The notes beneath the pieces were generated by a model, which was given only the letters and a program-made list of their open reading frames with translations, ran no database searches and was not told the origin of the DNA. From contig JBAYLA010000005.1 of assembly GCA_041664285.1 (NCBI GenBank), positions 1 to 62,539 of the forward strand: a stretch of DNA of 62,539 nucleotides, read 5' to 3'. Positions 18,792-27,718 of the stretch are shown one piece after another. Position numbers and translations under genes: made by a program. Numbering within the stretch: position 1 is the stretch's first letter; every line of letters begins with the position of its first letter. The stretch is from Minisyncoccota bacterium. GTDB lineage: Bacteria > Patescibacteriota > Minisyncoccia > Phycocordibacterales > UBA9973.

Positions 18792-20534
18792 ATGGAACAA
18801 GAAATAAAAAATTTAATAAAGGATGCTTTAAAAAATCTCGATATTGAAGTAAGTGATATTAAGCTTGAGCATCCAGAAGATTTTAAAAATGGAGATTATT
18901 CTACTAATGTAGCCTTAGCTATTGCTAAAAGTGTTGGTAGGAATCCAAAAGAGTTGGCAGAAAAAATAGTTGCTGAAATAATTAGACTAAATGTTGATAA
19001 AAACATAAAAAAGATTGAAATTGCTGGCAATGGTTTTATAAATTTTTATCTTTCTCGTAAATTTTTTGCAAGAAGTGTTGAAGAAATTTTAAATAAAGCA
19101 GAAAACTTTGGGAAAAACGATGCACTCGAGGGTAAAAAAATAATGGTGGAATATACTGACCCAAATCCTTTCAAGCCATTTCATATTGGACATCTAATGA
19201 GTAATGCAATTGGAGAATCTATTTCTCGTTTAGTTGAATTTTCTGGAGCTGAAACAAAACGAGCAAATTATCAAGGAGATCTTGGTTTGCATATAGCTAA
19301 AGCTGTCTATGGACTTTTAAAAAACAAAACATTGCAAACCAAAGAAGGAAACCATAATTTTCAAGCATTAAATATAGGGCAAGCCTATGTTGCTGGATCA
19401 GAAGCTTATGAAATTGACCAAAAAGCAAAAAAAGAAATTGATGAAATAAACAAAAAGATTTATGCGAGGAGTGATGAAAAAATAAACGAAATATATGAAT
19501 GGGGTTTCAAGGTAACAATGGAATCATTTGAAGATTTATATAAAATTCTAGGAACGAAATTTGACTTTTACTTTTTAGAAAGCGAAATGACAGATATTGG
19601 GCGAGATATTGTAAATGATAATTTAGATAAAGACGTGGGGCATGAGTATGGTAAAAGGATTTTCGAAGAGTCTGATGGGGCTATCGTTTTTAAAGCTGAG
19701 AAGTATGATCCTAAATTACACACTAGAGTTTTCATTACTTCGCAAGGCTTGCCAACATATGAAACAAAAGAGTTAGGCTTGACCATCGAGAAATTTAAAA
19801 CATACCCAGATATGCATTTATCTATTATGATTACCGCCAATGAACAGATGGATTATATGCGAGTCGTAGCAAAAGCCATTTCCCTTATTTGTCCTCAATA
19901 TGGCGAGAAGATGAAACATATTATTCATGGCATGATGCGTCTTACCACCGGCAAAATGGGTTCTCGTAAAGGTAATATAATTGCTGGAGAAACTCTTTTG
20001 AATGATGTTCGTGACAGTATTTTGGAAAAAATGACTGATCGAAATTTTTCAAGTGTTGAGCAAGAAAAAATTGCTTCAGATGTTGCCGTTTCTGCTATAA
20101 AATATTCAATACTTAAGCAGGGGACTGGCGGAGATATTATTTTTGATTTTGAGAAATCTATTTCTTTTGAAGGAGATTCTGGGCCATATTTGCAGTATTC
20201 TTATGCGCGCGCAAATTCTGTTTTAGAAAAAGCACAAAAAGAAAATATTTTGCCTGATCCCCATGCTTTTCTACCAGAGACTTTTGAAGTAGAAAAATTA
20301 TTGTATAAATTTCCAGAAGTTGTTTTTAGAGCTGCTTCCGAATATGAACCCCATTATATTGCTAATTATTTAATTGAAGTTGCTCGTGCTTATAATAGTT
20401 TTTATGGAAATACAATGATTGTGAACAAAGAAGACAAAACTTCTTCTTATAAAATTGCTCTAACTTATGCCTTTTCTTTTGTGATGAAAAATGGTCTGTA
20501 TCTCTTGGGCATAGAAGCTCCGAAGAAAATGTGA
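18792..20534 (+). CDS. argS: Arginyl-tRNA synthetase
   Basis: Class I HIGH motif PFHIGHL, about 580 aa. ATG 18792 chosen to avoid overlapping dut. Confidence 0.9.
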   Translation: MEQEIKNLIKDALKNLDIEVSDIKLEHPEDFKNGDYSTNVALAIAKSVGRNPKELAEKIVAEIIRLNVDKNIKKIEIAGNGFINFYLSRKFFARSVEEILNKAENFGKNDALEGKKIMVEYTDPNPFKPFHIGHLMSNAIGESISRLVEFSGAETKRANYQGDLGLHIAKAVYGLLKNKTLQTKEGNHNFQALNIGQAYVAGSEAYEIDQKAKKEIDEINKKIYARSDEKINEIYEWGFKVTMESFEDLYKILGTKFDFYFLESEMTDIGRDIVNDNLDKDVGHEYGKRIFEESDGAIVFKAEKYDPKLHTRVFITSQGLPTYETKELGLTIEKFKTYPDMHLSIMITANEQMDYMRVVAKAISLICPQYGEKMKHIIHGMMRLTTGKMGSRKGNIIAGETLLNDVRDSILEKMTDRNFSSVEQEKIASDVAVSAIKYSILKQGTGGDIIFDFEKSISFEGDSGPYLQYSYARANSVLEKAQKENILPDPHAFLPETFEVEKLLYKFPEVVFRAASEYEPHYIANYLIEVARAYNSFYGNTMIVNKEDKTSSYKIALTYAFSFVMKNGLYLLGIEAPKKM

Positions 20535-20560
20535 GAATAAAAAATCACTCTAATATATTT

Positions 20561-21232
20561 ATGGAAAAAATATCAAAACACAACAAAGAGAAAAAAAATT
20601 TTAAAAAAGAAATTCAATATAATGAAATTAAAGATTTTTTGCAACCTTTTGCTACCCTTGAAAAACCATACCATGATGGTCCTGACGGTATGAAAAAAGC
20701 TATACGTGATTGTAATTTGTCGGAAGATTTATCTAAAAAATTAAGTAAAATTACTAGTCGTGACGGACTTCATATATTAAGAATGTTAAAAAATTCTGAC
20801 ACAGAACGAGATTTTGCTATTGCTTATTTGAAATATAGAGATGATGTTTTAATAAAAAAAGGAGGACCATTGGGTAAAATAATTTCTGTAATAAATAGTG
20901 AGGGTCAAGATACGAAAATGTTTTGGACTTTTGCCCCATATCTTTTTAAGTGTTTTAAAAAAAATAATATTTCTGATCAAAAAATTATTGAGTTAATTCT
21001 TGAGTGGGCGAAGGATGGTGTGTCTGCAGGGACAGAATCTAAAAAGCAATTCAAGGAACAGGAAGATTATAATCAATTACATCTTAAAGGACTGGAAAAA
21101 TTTAATGAAGAAAATTCTAGAACATGGATATTAGATAAAAATTCTAATCATATTTCGCATATATTTACAGAGCAAGAGGCACAACGTATTGCGACTATTT
21201 TGATAAATGAAAATAAGAATAATTTTGATTAA
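20561..21232 (+). CDS. Hypothetical protein
   Basis: Long ORF with typical codon usage and no recognisable motif. The listed GTG 20531 start overlaps the argS stop, and ATG 20561 is the alternative start. Confidence 0.45.
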   Translation: MEKISKHNKEKKNFKKEIQYNEIKDFLQPFATLEKPYHDGPDGMKKAIRDCNLSEDLSKKLSKITSRDGLHILRMLKNSDTERDFAIAYLKYRDDVLIKKGGPLGKIISVINSEGQDTKMFWTFAPYLFKCFKKNNISDQKIIELILEWAKDGVSAGTESKKQFKEQEDYNQLHLKGLEKFNEENSRTWILDKNSNHISHIFTEQEAQRIATILINENKNNFD

Positions 21233-21309
21233 AGATTTAACCGAAGCAAGGTCTTGGGATTTGTTTTTTAGATATCGTGGATACAAAGAAAATGTAGTAG
21301 AATGATGCA

Positions 21310-22911
21310 GTGACTCAAGATCAAGCTTTAAATATTTTAAAAACTGGCGCAAATGTTTTCTTAACTGGTGAGCCAGGGGCGGGGAAAACTCATACTCTAA
21401 ATACTTTTGTAAATTATTTGCGTTCTTGTGGCGTAGAGCCGGCTATTACTGCTTCCACGGGGATTGCAGCGACGCACATTGGTGGGATGACTATTCATTC
21501 TTGGAGTGGAATCGGCATTAAAACAAAATTAGACAAATATGATTTAGATAAAATTGCGAGTAGTGAATATATCAGTAAGCGTGTTCGTCGGACACGAGTG
21601 CTGATAATTGATGAAATTTCTATGCTTTCCCCCCACATGCTCAATATGCTTAATGTTGTTTGTCGGGAAATAAAACAGAACGATGAACCTTTTGGTGGAA
21701 TACAAGTTGTTCTGGTTGGTGATTTTTTTCAATTACCACCGATTATAAGAAGAGATGTAAAAGAAAATAAACAAAATACACTTTCTCCAGAGGTCGGACC
21801 TATGGAAACTTTTGCTTACGGAAGCGTAGCTTGGGAAAGGGCGCGACCAGTTGTTTGTTATTTAAGGGAACAGCATCGTCAGGATGACGTAAATTTTCTT
21901 TCAGTCCTTTCAGCAATACGTGCTAATAATGCTTCTAAAGAACATTTAAATTATATTTTATCTCGTAAGATTGAGGTAGGTGACATCCCTCCAAATATTA
22001 CAAAACTTTTTTCACACAATGTGGATGTGGATTTAGTAAATAATAGAGAACTTGCGAAATTAGAAGAGGGAGTAAAATTATTTAAAATGTCTGAAAGTGG
22101 AAACGATAGGATGGTAGAAACTTTAAAGAAGGGATGTTTATCTCCAGAAAATTTGGAACTTAAAAAAGGCGCAGTGGTAATGTGCACAAAAAATAATCAA
22201 AAAGAAAGATTTGTGAATGGGACGCTAGGTACGGTGACGGACTTTGAAGAATTTAGTGGACATCCTATTATTAAAACCAAAAACGGACGTAGTATTACGA
22301 TTGCGCCGATGGATTGGACTGTAGAAGAAAATGGTAAAATTCGTGCGCAGATAACTCAGATTCCACTTCGATTGGCATGGGCGATAACCGTGCATAAGAG
22401 TCAGGGGATGAGTATGGATGCGGCGACCATGGATTTGTCACAAGTTTTTGAATTTGGGCAGGGCTATGTGGCTCTTTCACGAGTGCGCAGACTTTCTGGA
22501 CTTTATTTACTGGGGATAAACGAGCGTGCGCTTAAGGTACATCCAGAAATTTTAGAAAAAGATATTGATTTTAAAAATAAATCCAAAGAAGCAGAAAAAG
22601 TTTTTGGAAAACTCTCTCTAGATGATCTTAAAAAAATGCACAGTGATTTTATAATTGCATGTGGAGGGAAGACAAAAAAACAAATTAAAAAAGACACAAA
22701 AAGGGGTGCGCCGAGTACGGCGCACCCCAAATCTTTTTCCGAAATTCGAGAAAAACATCCCAATGCGTATCGTCCGTGGAGTAAAGAGCAAGACGAAGAA
22801 TTAAAAAAGTTATTTGTGGCTGGTGTTAAAATATCCGATTTGATGAAAAGTTTCGGAAGAAAAAGAGGAGGAATCACCGCTAGGCTTGAAAAACTGGGGT
22901 TAAAAAAATAA
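21310..22911 (+). CDS. Pif1/RecD-family SF1B helicase with C-terminal HTH-like tail
   Basis: GEPGAGKTH, LIIDEISM, GDFFQLPP, ITVHKSQG, YVALSR. GTG start. Confidence 0.8.
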   Translation: MTQDQALNILKTGANVFLTGEPGAGKTHTLNTFVNYLRSCGVEPAITASTGIAATHIGGMTIHSWSGIGIKTKLDKYDLDKIASSEYISKRVRRTRVLIIDEISMLSPHMLNMLNVVCREIKQNDEPFGGIQVVLVGDFFQLPPIIRRDVKENKQNTLSPEVGPMETFAYGSVAWERARPVVCYLREQHRQDDVNFLSVLSAIRANNASKEHLNYILSRKIEVGDIPPNITKLFSHNVDVDLVNNRELAKLEEGVKLFKMSESGNDRMVETLKKGCLSPENLELKKGAVVMCTKNNQKERFVNGTLGTVTDFEEFSGHPIIKTKNGRSITIAPMDWTVEENGKIRAQITQIPLRLAWAITVHKSQGMSMDAATMDLSQVFEFGQGYVALSRVRRLSGLYLLGINERALKVHPEILEKDIDFKNKSKEAEKVFGKLSLDDLKKMHSDFIIACGGKTKKQIKKDTKRGAPSTAHPKSFSEIREKHPNAYRPWSKEQDEELKKLFVAGVKISDLMKSFGRKRGGITARLEKLGLKK

Positions 22912-22964
22912 ATATTTATAATTTTTTTATTTATTAATTTACAACAATAACCACATAATTACAA

Positions 22965-22998
22965 TTTTTACATATACGCCATGGCGTATATGTAAAAA
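22965..22998. repeat. Perfect 34-nt palindrome upstream of the Cas2-like gene
   Basis: tttttacatatacgccatggcgtatatgtaaaaa. Confidence 0.9.
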
Positions 22999-23014
22999 TG
23001 AGTTATTATTAGAT

Positions 23015-23416
23015 ATGACTAATAAAAATAAAATTTATTATAAGGGGATGAGAGTGAACGCTTTTGGGTTGCCTGTTTTTAATCGTCCAAGAAAGGGACA
23101 AAATAAAAAAGTTCACGAAAGAGTTAGAAGTTTATATAATGTTTCATTTGTATCTTCTTTTAAAAAAGATGCTCCAAAAAAGTTAATCATTATGTATGAT
23201 ATTCCTTTTGGAATGAAAAAAGAAAGAGACTGGTTTCGTCGACATTTAATAAAATTTGGATACGTTATGATTCAAAAAAGTGTTTGGGTTGGACCCTCGC
23301 CTTTACCAAAGGATTTTCTTAATTATCTTAAAGAAATAAAAATTAAAAATAAGTTCAAAACTTTAAAATTAGCTAAGCCCTATAATTCTTACATATCAGC
23401 CATGGCTGATATGTAA
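23015..23416 (+). CDS. Cas2 / PaaX C-terminal-like fold protein (orphan)
   Basis: KKLIIMYDIPFGMKKERDWFRRHLIKFGYVMIQKSVWVGP resembles the YDI...R......L...G....Q.SVW pattern of Cas2/PaaX_C. Motif recognition only. Confidence 0.45.
   Translation: MTNKNKIYYKGMRVNAFGLPVFNRPRKGQNKKVHERVRSLYNVSFVSSFKKDAPKKLIIMYDIPFGMKKERDWFRRHLIKFGYVMIQKSVWVGPSPLPKDFLNYLKEIKIKNKFKTLKLAKPYNSYISAMADM
23389..23416. repeat. Perfect 28-nt palindrome covering the last codons and stop of the Cas2-like gene
   Basis: ttacatatcagccatggctgatatgtaa. Confidence 0.9.
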
Positions 23417-23421
23417 AGTTG

Positions 23422-23449
23422 ACTATTTTTATCTTTTAAAAATAGTTTT
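23422..23449 (+). terminator. Intrinsic terminator after the Cas2-like gene
   Basis: 10-bp stem actattttta / taaaaatagt followed by TTT. Confidence 0.6.
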
Positions 23450-23517
23450 CCACACTTTGTGTTAACTTTATTTGTAATTTGTGGGAAAATTAAAATATAT
23501 AAATAATTTTAAATTAA

Positions 23518-24855
23518 ATGCGTCTACGAAAATTAATTATTTTGTTTTCGTTTTTCTTTTTTATTAGTGCTTTTTTTATTTTTACTCCGAGAGTTTTTGC
23601 CACTACTTTTGTTGCTGATGATATTTTAGAAAATACCACATGGGGCTTAGCTGGTAGTCCGTATGTAATACAAGATGATATTATGGTTAATTCAGGAGTT
23701 ATATTAACTATCGAACCAGGAGTCATTGTGAAGGTTGCGCCACGAGATGGAGGTATAAATGTTCTAGGGACTCTTTTTGCAGAAGGGACGAGCGATGATC
23801 ATATCTACTTTACTTCTTTGTGGGATGATTCAATTGGAGGAGATACTAATGGAGATGGTAATACAACTGTGCCGATTGTCAGCCAATGGAACAGCAAAGG
23901 ACTTTGGTATGGGTGTAATTTTTATTTTCCTGAAGGGGTACATCTAAAAAATGTTGACGTTTCTTTTTCTACGCAAGGGCTTAATTTTTGGGCTACCGAT
24001 GCTTCAATTTCAAATTTTAGAGGCAGAAACAATAAGGTTGATTTAAGCATAAAAGCAAACAGCAATATTAATCTTTCTGGTGGTGACTTTTTTGGAGGAC
24101 TCTATGGTGCTATTCAATTAATGGAAAGTAGTTTGATTGCTGACAATCTTCAAATTGAAGGTGTCCAACAATACGAAGCAATAGAAACAGAAGTTAGTGA
24201 TCTTACTTTAACTGACTCAACTATTCAAAATCTTAAAAATAGAACTGAGGCTATCGGCACGGAAGGTCCAGGTATCATAAATTTTGAACGAGTAAATCTT
24301 AAAAATGCAAATAATATAGTTGGCTACACAGGAATTGAGTTTAATCTGAAAGATTCAGTTTTAGATAGTAGCTATATTCTTACTTGGGGTGAGTCTACTT
24401 TTAATATAGACAATAGTGTTATTAAAAATTATCATGGCCATGCCATAGAAGACTTTAACGAGGGTGACACTTTTAACATCACTAAGAGTAAAATTATAAA
24501 TAATGATTACGGTATTTATTTATATAAAGATACTAACGGATTTCCTCCCTCGGTTTTTAATATTTCAGATACAGTCATCTCTGGTAATTCTCAATATGGA
24601 GTTTATGGTCTAGCTTCTTATCCTATTGATTTTAAAAACGTTTGGTGGGGTGATACTTCTGGTCCGTATCATGACACTCTCAATCCAACAGGGTTAGGTA
24701 ATGCAGTTTCTGATAATGTTTTATTTGATCCGTGGTGTAAATATGAAAATTGCAAAGCTGGTTTTTCAAATGTTCTTTTTTACCTGGTATCGAAGCAAGT
24801 AGGTTGTATACACAAGGAATATTGGGTGAGGACAGATTGTGGGAACCGAATGTAA
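23518..24855 (+). CDS. Secreted right-handed beta-helix protein (probably the N-terminal part of a longer frame-shifted gene)
   Basis: Signal peptide. Repeated short beta-helix-like segments. The reading frame changes at the T6 run 24776-24781. Confidence 0.6.
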   Translation: MRLRKLIILFSFFFFISAFFIFTPRVFATTFVADDILENTTWGLAGSPYVIQDDIMVNSGVILTIEPGVIVKVAPRDGGINVLGTLFAEGTSDDHIYFTSLWDDSIGGDTNGDGNTTVPIVSQWNSKGLWYGCNFYFPEGVHLKNVDVSFSTQGLNFWATDASISNFRGRNNKVDLSIKANSNINLSGGDFFGGLYGAIQLMESSLIADNLQIEGVQQYEAIETEVSDLTLTDSTIQNLKNRTEAIGTEGPGIINFERVNLKNANNIVGYTGIEFNLKDSVLDSSYILTWGESTFNIDNSVIKNYHGHAIEDFNEGDTFNITKSKIINNDYGIYLYKDTNGFPPSVFNISDTVISGNSQYGVYGLASYPIDFKNVWWGDTSGPYHDTLNPTGLGNAVSDNVLFDPWCKYENCKAGFSNVLFYLVSKQVGCIHKEYWVRTDCGNRM

Positions 24856-26714
24856 ATAGTGATGTAGAAGATCTATATTTAAACCAAAGTGGACAATCTA
24901 TAAAAAATATTTATACGAAAGATGTTATTGATAAAGGATTAGGGATATCTCCAGTTTATGATTTATTTATAAAAAAGATGGATCAATTGATAGTTGATAA
25001 AAAAATTGGCGAATGGAAACCTTTTGCTTATGATTGGAGGCAAAGTGTTGATGATATTGTAAATAATGGAACGAAATATCAAATTGGTATAGTTTCACTA
25101 GTTGATACTTTGCAATCACTCATTGATTCATCTAAAAATGGGAAAGTTACTATTATTGCACATAGTAATGGTGGACTTTTAGCTAAAGCTTTACTAAAAA
25201 AATTACAAGATGATAAAGTTGCAAGAAGCAATAATTTGATTGATAAAATTGACAATATTGTTTTGATTGCTAGTCCTCAAGTTGGTACACCAGAAGCAAT
25301 ATTTGCTCTTTTGCATGGGTATAACCAGAAAATTTTAGGAGGTTTTTTGATGAATTCTCAAACTGCCCGTCAACTCGCCTTTAATATGCCATCAGGATAT
25401 GGACTTTTGCCTTCCGAAAAATATTATCAAACATCCACAACTCCAATAATTTCATTTGATCCCAATTCAAGTCTGTCGCAAATTGATGTAAATTATTACG
25501 GGAATGACGTAAATTCTTTTACCAAACAAAACGATTTTATTTTAGGGAAAGAAGGCAGAATAAATCCAGAAATATCAAATACAATACTGCCGATTATTGG
25601 AAACGAACAACTTTTAAATAAAAGCGAAGAATTACATAAAAAAATAGATAATTTAATTATTCCTTCTAATATAAAATTAATTCAGTTGGCGGGATGGGGG
25701 AAAGATACTTTGGTTGGTATAAAATATGTAGAAAAAACGGCTTGTGATTATCCTATTTTTGGATTAAACATTTGTATACCAAAAAAGATTTTGGATATTA
25801 GACCAATTACAGACATGAATGGAGATAAAACAGTTGTCGCACCAAGTGCTTTATATGATGACCAAGGAGAAAAATATTGGTTAGATTTAAGCAGTTCAAA
25901 ATTGGAACACAAAAACATCTTTGAAGACAGTTCTACTTTGCAATTTATTGAGAACATAATAACAAAAAATACACTTGTGACAAATAAAATATACCAACAA
26001 AAACAACCATATATAAAAAACAGAAATAAAATATCTGTTCATTCTCCGGTTACTCTTGGGGCTTACGATTCGCTTGGAAACTTTACAGGTAAAATTTGTC
26101 CTGAAGAAAATTCCGACTTTTGCCAAATCATAGAAGATATACCCAATTCTTTTTATCTAGAATTTGGAGAGGGGAAATACCTTAATGTAGATGAAAATGA
26201 AATGAATAAAATAGTTCTTAAGGGTACAGATATTGGTACATTTACCTATGAATCAGAAAAAGTTTTACCAACAGGAGAATCAACCGTTATTTCATTTATA
26301 GATATTCCAACTACGTCCCAAACTACAGCCGAAATAACTACAAATCCAAATACTCAAACTCAAGAACTAAAATTGGACATAAATAGTGATGGAATAATGG
26401 ATATTACACTTCAACCAAATAATACATTTGATTCAGTCATATATTTACAGGTCATGAGAAAAACTATTGAAAATCTAGACATAACAAAGGCACGAAAAAA
26501 TGGTTTTCTAAATAGAATAGATAATACAATAAAAGCAATAGAAAAAGGTAAAATAGTAAAATCCAAATTGAAAGTTGAAAGGTTTATGAATGTTTTAGAA
26601 AAAATAGCAGACAAAAAAGAATCAAAAAAACAAAAACCCCATCAATTATCAAAAACCGAAGCAGAACAATTATTAGTTATGTTGGATCAATTATTAATTA
26701 ATTTGAATAAATAA
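24750..26714 (+). CDS. Alpha/beta-hydrolase (lipase/LCAT-like) ORF lacking its own ATG
   Basis: LPGIEASRLY near the ORF start and nucleophile elbow IIAHSNGGLL. The only start candidate is TTG 24750, inside the upstream ORF. Confidence 0.55.
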   Translation: MQSWFFKCSFLPGIEASRLYTQGILGEDRLWEPNVNSDVEDLYLNQSGQSIKNIYTKDVIDKGLGISPVYDLFIKKMDQLIVDKKIGEWKPFAYDWRQSVDDIVNNGTKYQIGIVSLVDTLQSLIDSSKNGKVTIIAHSNGGLLAKALLKKLQDDKVARSNNLIDKIDNIVLIASPQVGTPEAIFALLHGYNQKILGGFLMNSQTARQLAFNMPSGYGLLPSEKYYQTSTTPIISFDPNSSLSQIDVNYYGNDVNSFTKQNDFILGKEGRINPEISNTILPIIGNEQLLNKSEELHKKIDNLIIPSNIKLIQLAGWGKDTLVGIKYVEKTACDYPIFGLNICIPKKILDIRPITDMNGDKTVVAPSALYDDQGEKYWLDLSSSKLEHKNIFEDSSTLQFIENIITKNTLVTNKIYQQKQPYIKNRNKISVHSPVTLGAYDSLGNFTGKICPEENSDFCQIIEDIPNSFYLEFGEGKYLNVDENEMNKIVLKGTDIGTFTYESEKVLPTGESTVISFIDIPTTSQTTAEITTNPNTQTQELKLDINSDGIMDITLQPNNTFDSVIYLQVMRKTIENLDITKARKNGFLNRIDNTIKAIEKGKIVKSKLKVERFMNVLEKIADKKESKKQKPHQLSKTEAEQLLVMLDQLLINLNK

Positions 26715-26715
26715 T

Positions 26716-27075
26716 ATGAAAAATTTATCATCATGGGTTTTTAGAGTGATTTTGTTGTTTTTAGTTGCTTCTTTTGTTTTATTTTTTTTAAATCCAGGAT
26801 TTATAGTACAATTATATGTTTTATATTATATATATTTTATACCATTTTTTGTTGCATTAATCTTAATAGATTATTTCTTCAATAAAAATATCAATAAAAA
26901 ATATTTTTATTTGTCTATTATTATTATTTTCATTTTTATTTCTTTAAAATTTGTTCTTGAATATTGGTTTAATAATTCATTTAATATTTTGGCTTACTTT
27001 AGTAAAGTAGATAAGAAAATAGTAGGTATTAAGCGTATTTTAATTGGGAAATTACCAGAACCGTTCTTTCTTTAA
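26716..27075 (+). CDS. Small integral membrane protein
   Basis: Three to four hydrophobic segments. Starts 2 nt after the upstream stop. Confidence 0.5.
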   Translation: MKNLSSWVFRVILLFLVASFVLFFLNPGFIVQLYVLYYIYFIPFFVALILIDYFFNKNINKKYFYLSIIIIFIFISLKFVLEYWFNNSFNILAYFSKVDKKIVGIKRILIGKLPEPFFL

Positions 27076-27233
27076 AGACTTTGGCAGTCAATAAGGTTTT
27101 TCTTGTATTAGCTTCGAAAAAGATGTAAGTTTCTGATTTAGGTAACTTTAGTTTATAATTAATAGGAAAGGTTCTTAAATAACTTATTTTGTTTTCGTAG
27201 ATTTATGATATCTACGAAACAGAAAGGAGAAAA

Positions 27234-27431
27234 ATGAAACTGAGGAAAGATAGATTTTACTATTGCGCAAAAGACACAAAAGACAACAAAGTATCAATAG
27301 AAAAAATTAAATCCCATTGTGCACCGAAAGGATGCACAAATTTAATGTCAGAAGCGAGGAGAAAACCTCGCGAAAAATGGCAAAAGAAATTTTCTCCAAA
27401 AAAAAGAGCTACGAGTTATGCAAGAGTTTAA
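27234..27431 (+). CDS. Small basic hypothetical protein (65 aa)
   Basis: AGGAGA Shine-Dalgarno 27225-27230, 3 nt (aaa) upstream of the ATG. A 9-bp hairpin lies at 27194-27218 just upstream. Confidence 0.4.
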   Translation: MKLRKDRFYYCAKDTKDNKVSIEKIKSHCAPKGCTNLMSEARRKPREKWQKKFSPKKRATSYARV

Positions 27432-27519
27432 GTATCGTAGATCCTAATATCAAAGTTTAAGGAGACGAGTTATTCATTTAGCTTGTCTTCTTTTATTTGT
27501 AATGTTATATTTTATACAC

Positions 27520-27699
27520 AAGCGTTGAAGGGGTAATCACCTCGGAGCTTCGGGAAGAAAATAAGTAGAACCCGACGGGTAAGCCCGTTATAGCCTTAAT
27601 GAGAAGTCCCGTCAAAGGCGGGTAGAAAACAAGGTGGTACCACGGCGAAGTCCGTCCTTGCGCAATTAATTTTTTAGTTGCACGAGGACGGACTTTTTA
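27520..27699 (+). promoter_or_regulatory. T-box leader (tRNA-sensing riboswitch) controlling ileS, with intrinsic terminator
   Basis: T-box sequence AAGGUGGUACCACGG at 27631-27645. Stem III-like hairpin at 27608-27623. Terminator stem 27649-27665 / 27678-27694 followed by a U tract. Candidate Ile specifier AUC-A at 27536-27539. Confidence 0.75.
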
Positions 27700-27718
27700 T
27701 TTAGCTTATTTTAAGAAT

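Noticed and set aside
21310-22911. Pif1-like helicase plus the neighbouring hypothetical gene (20561-21232) as a phage-defence module.
   Set aside because: The helicase has only canonical SF1B motifs plus a C-terminal HTH, with no nuclease or sensor domain. The neighbour has no recognisable domain, and nothing in the sequence links them beyond adjacency.
23015-23416. CRISPR-Cas locus suggested by the Cas2-like protein.
   Set aside because: The window has no repeat-spacer array and no cas1 or effector genes. The only regular repeats (56.85-57.2 kb) are coding tandem repeats of unequal period.
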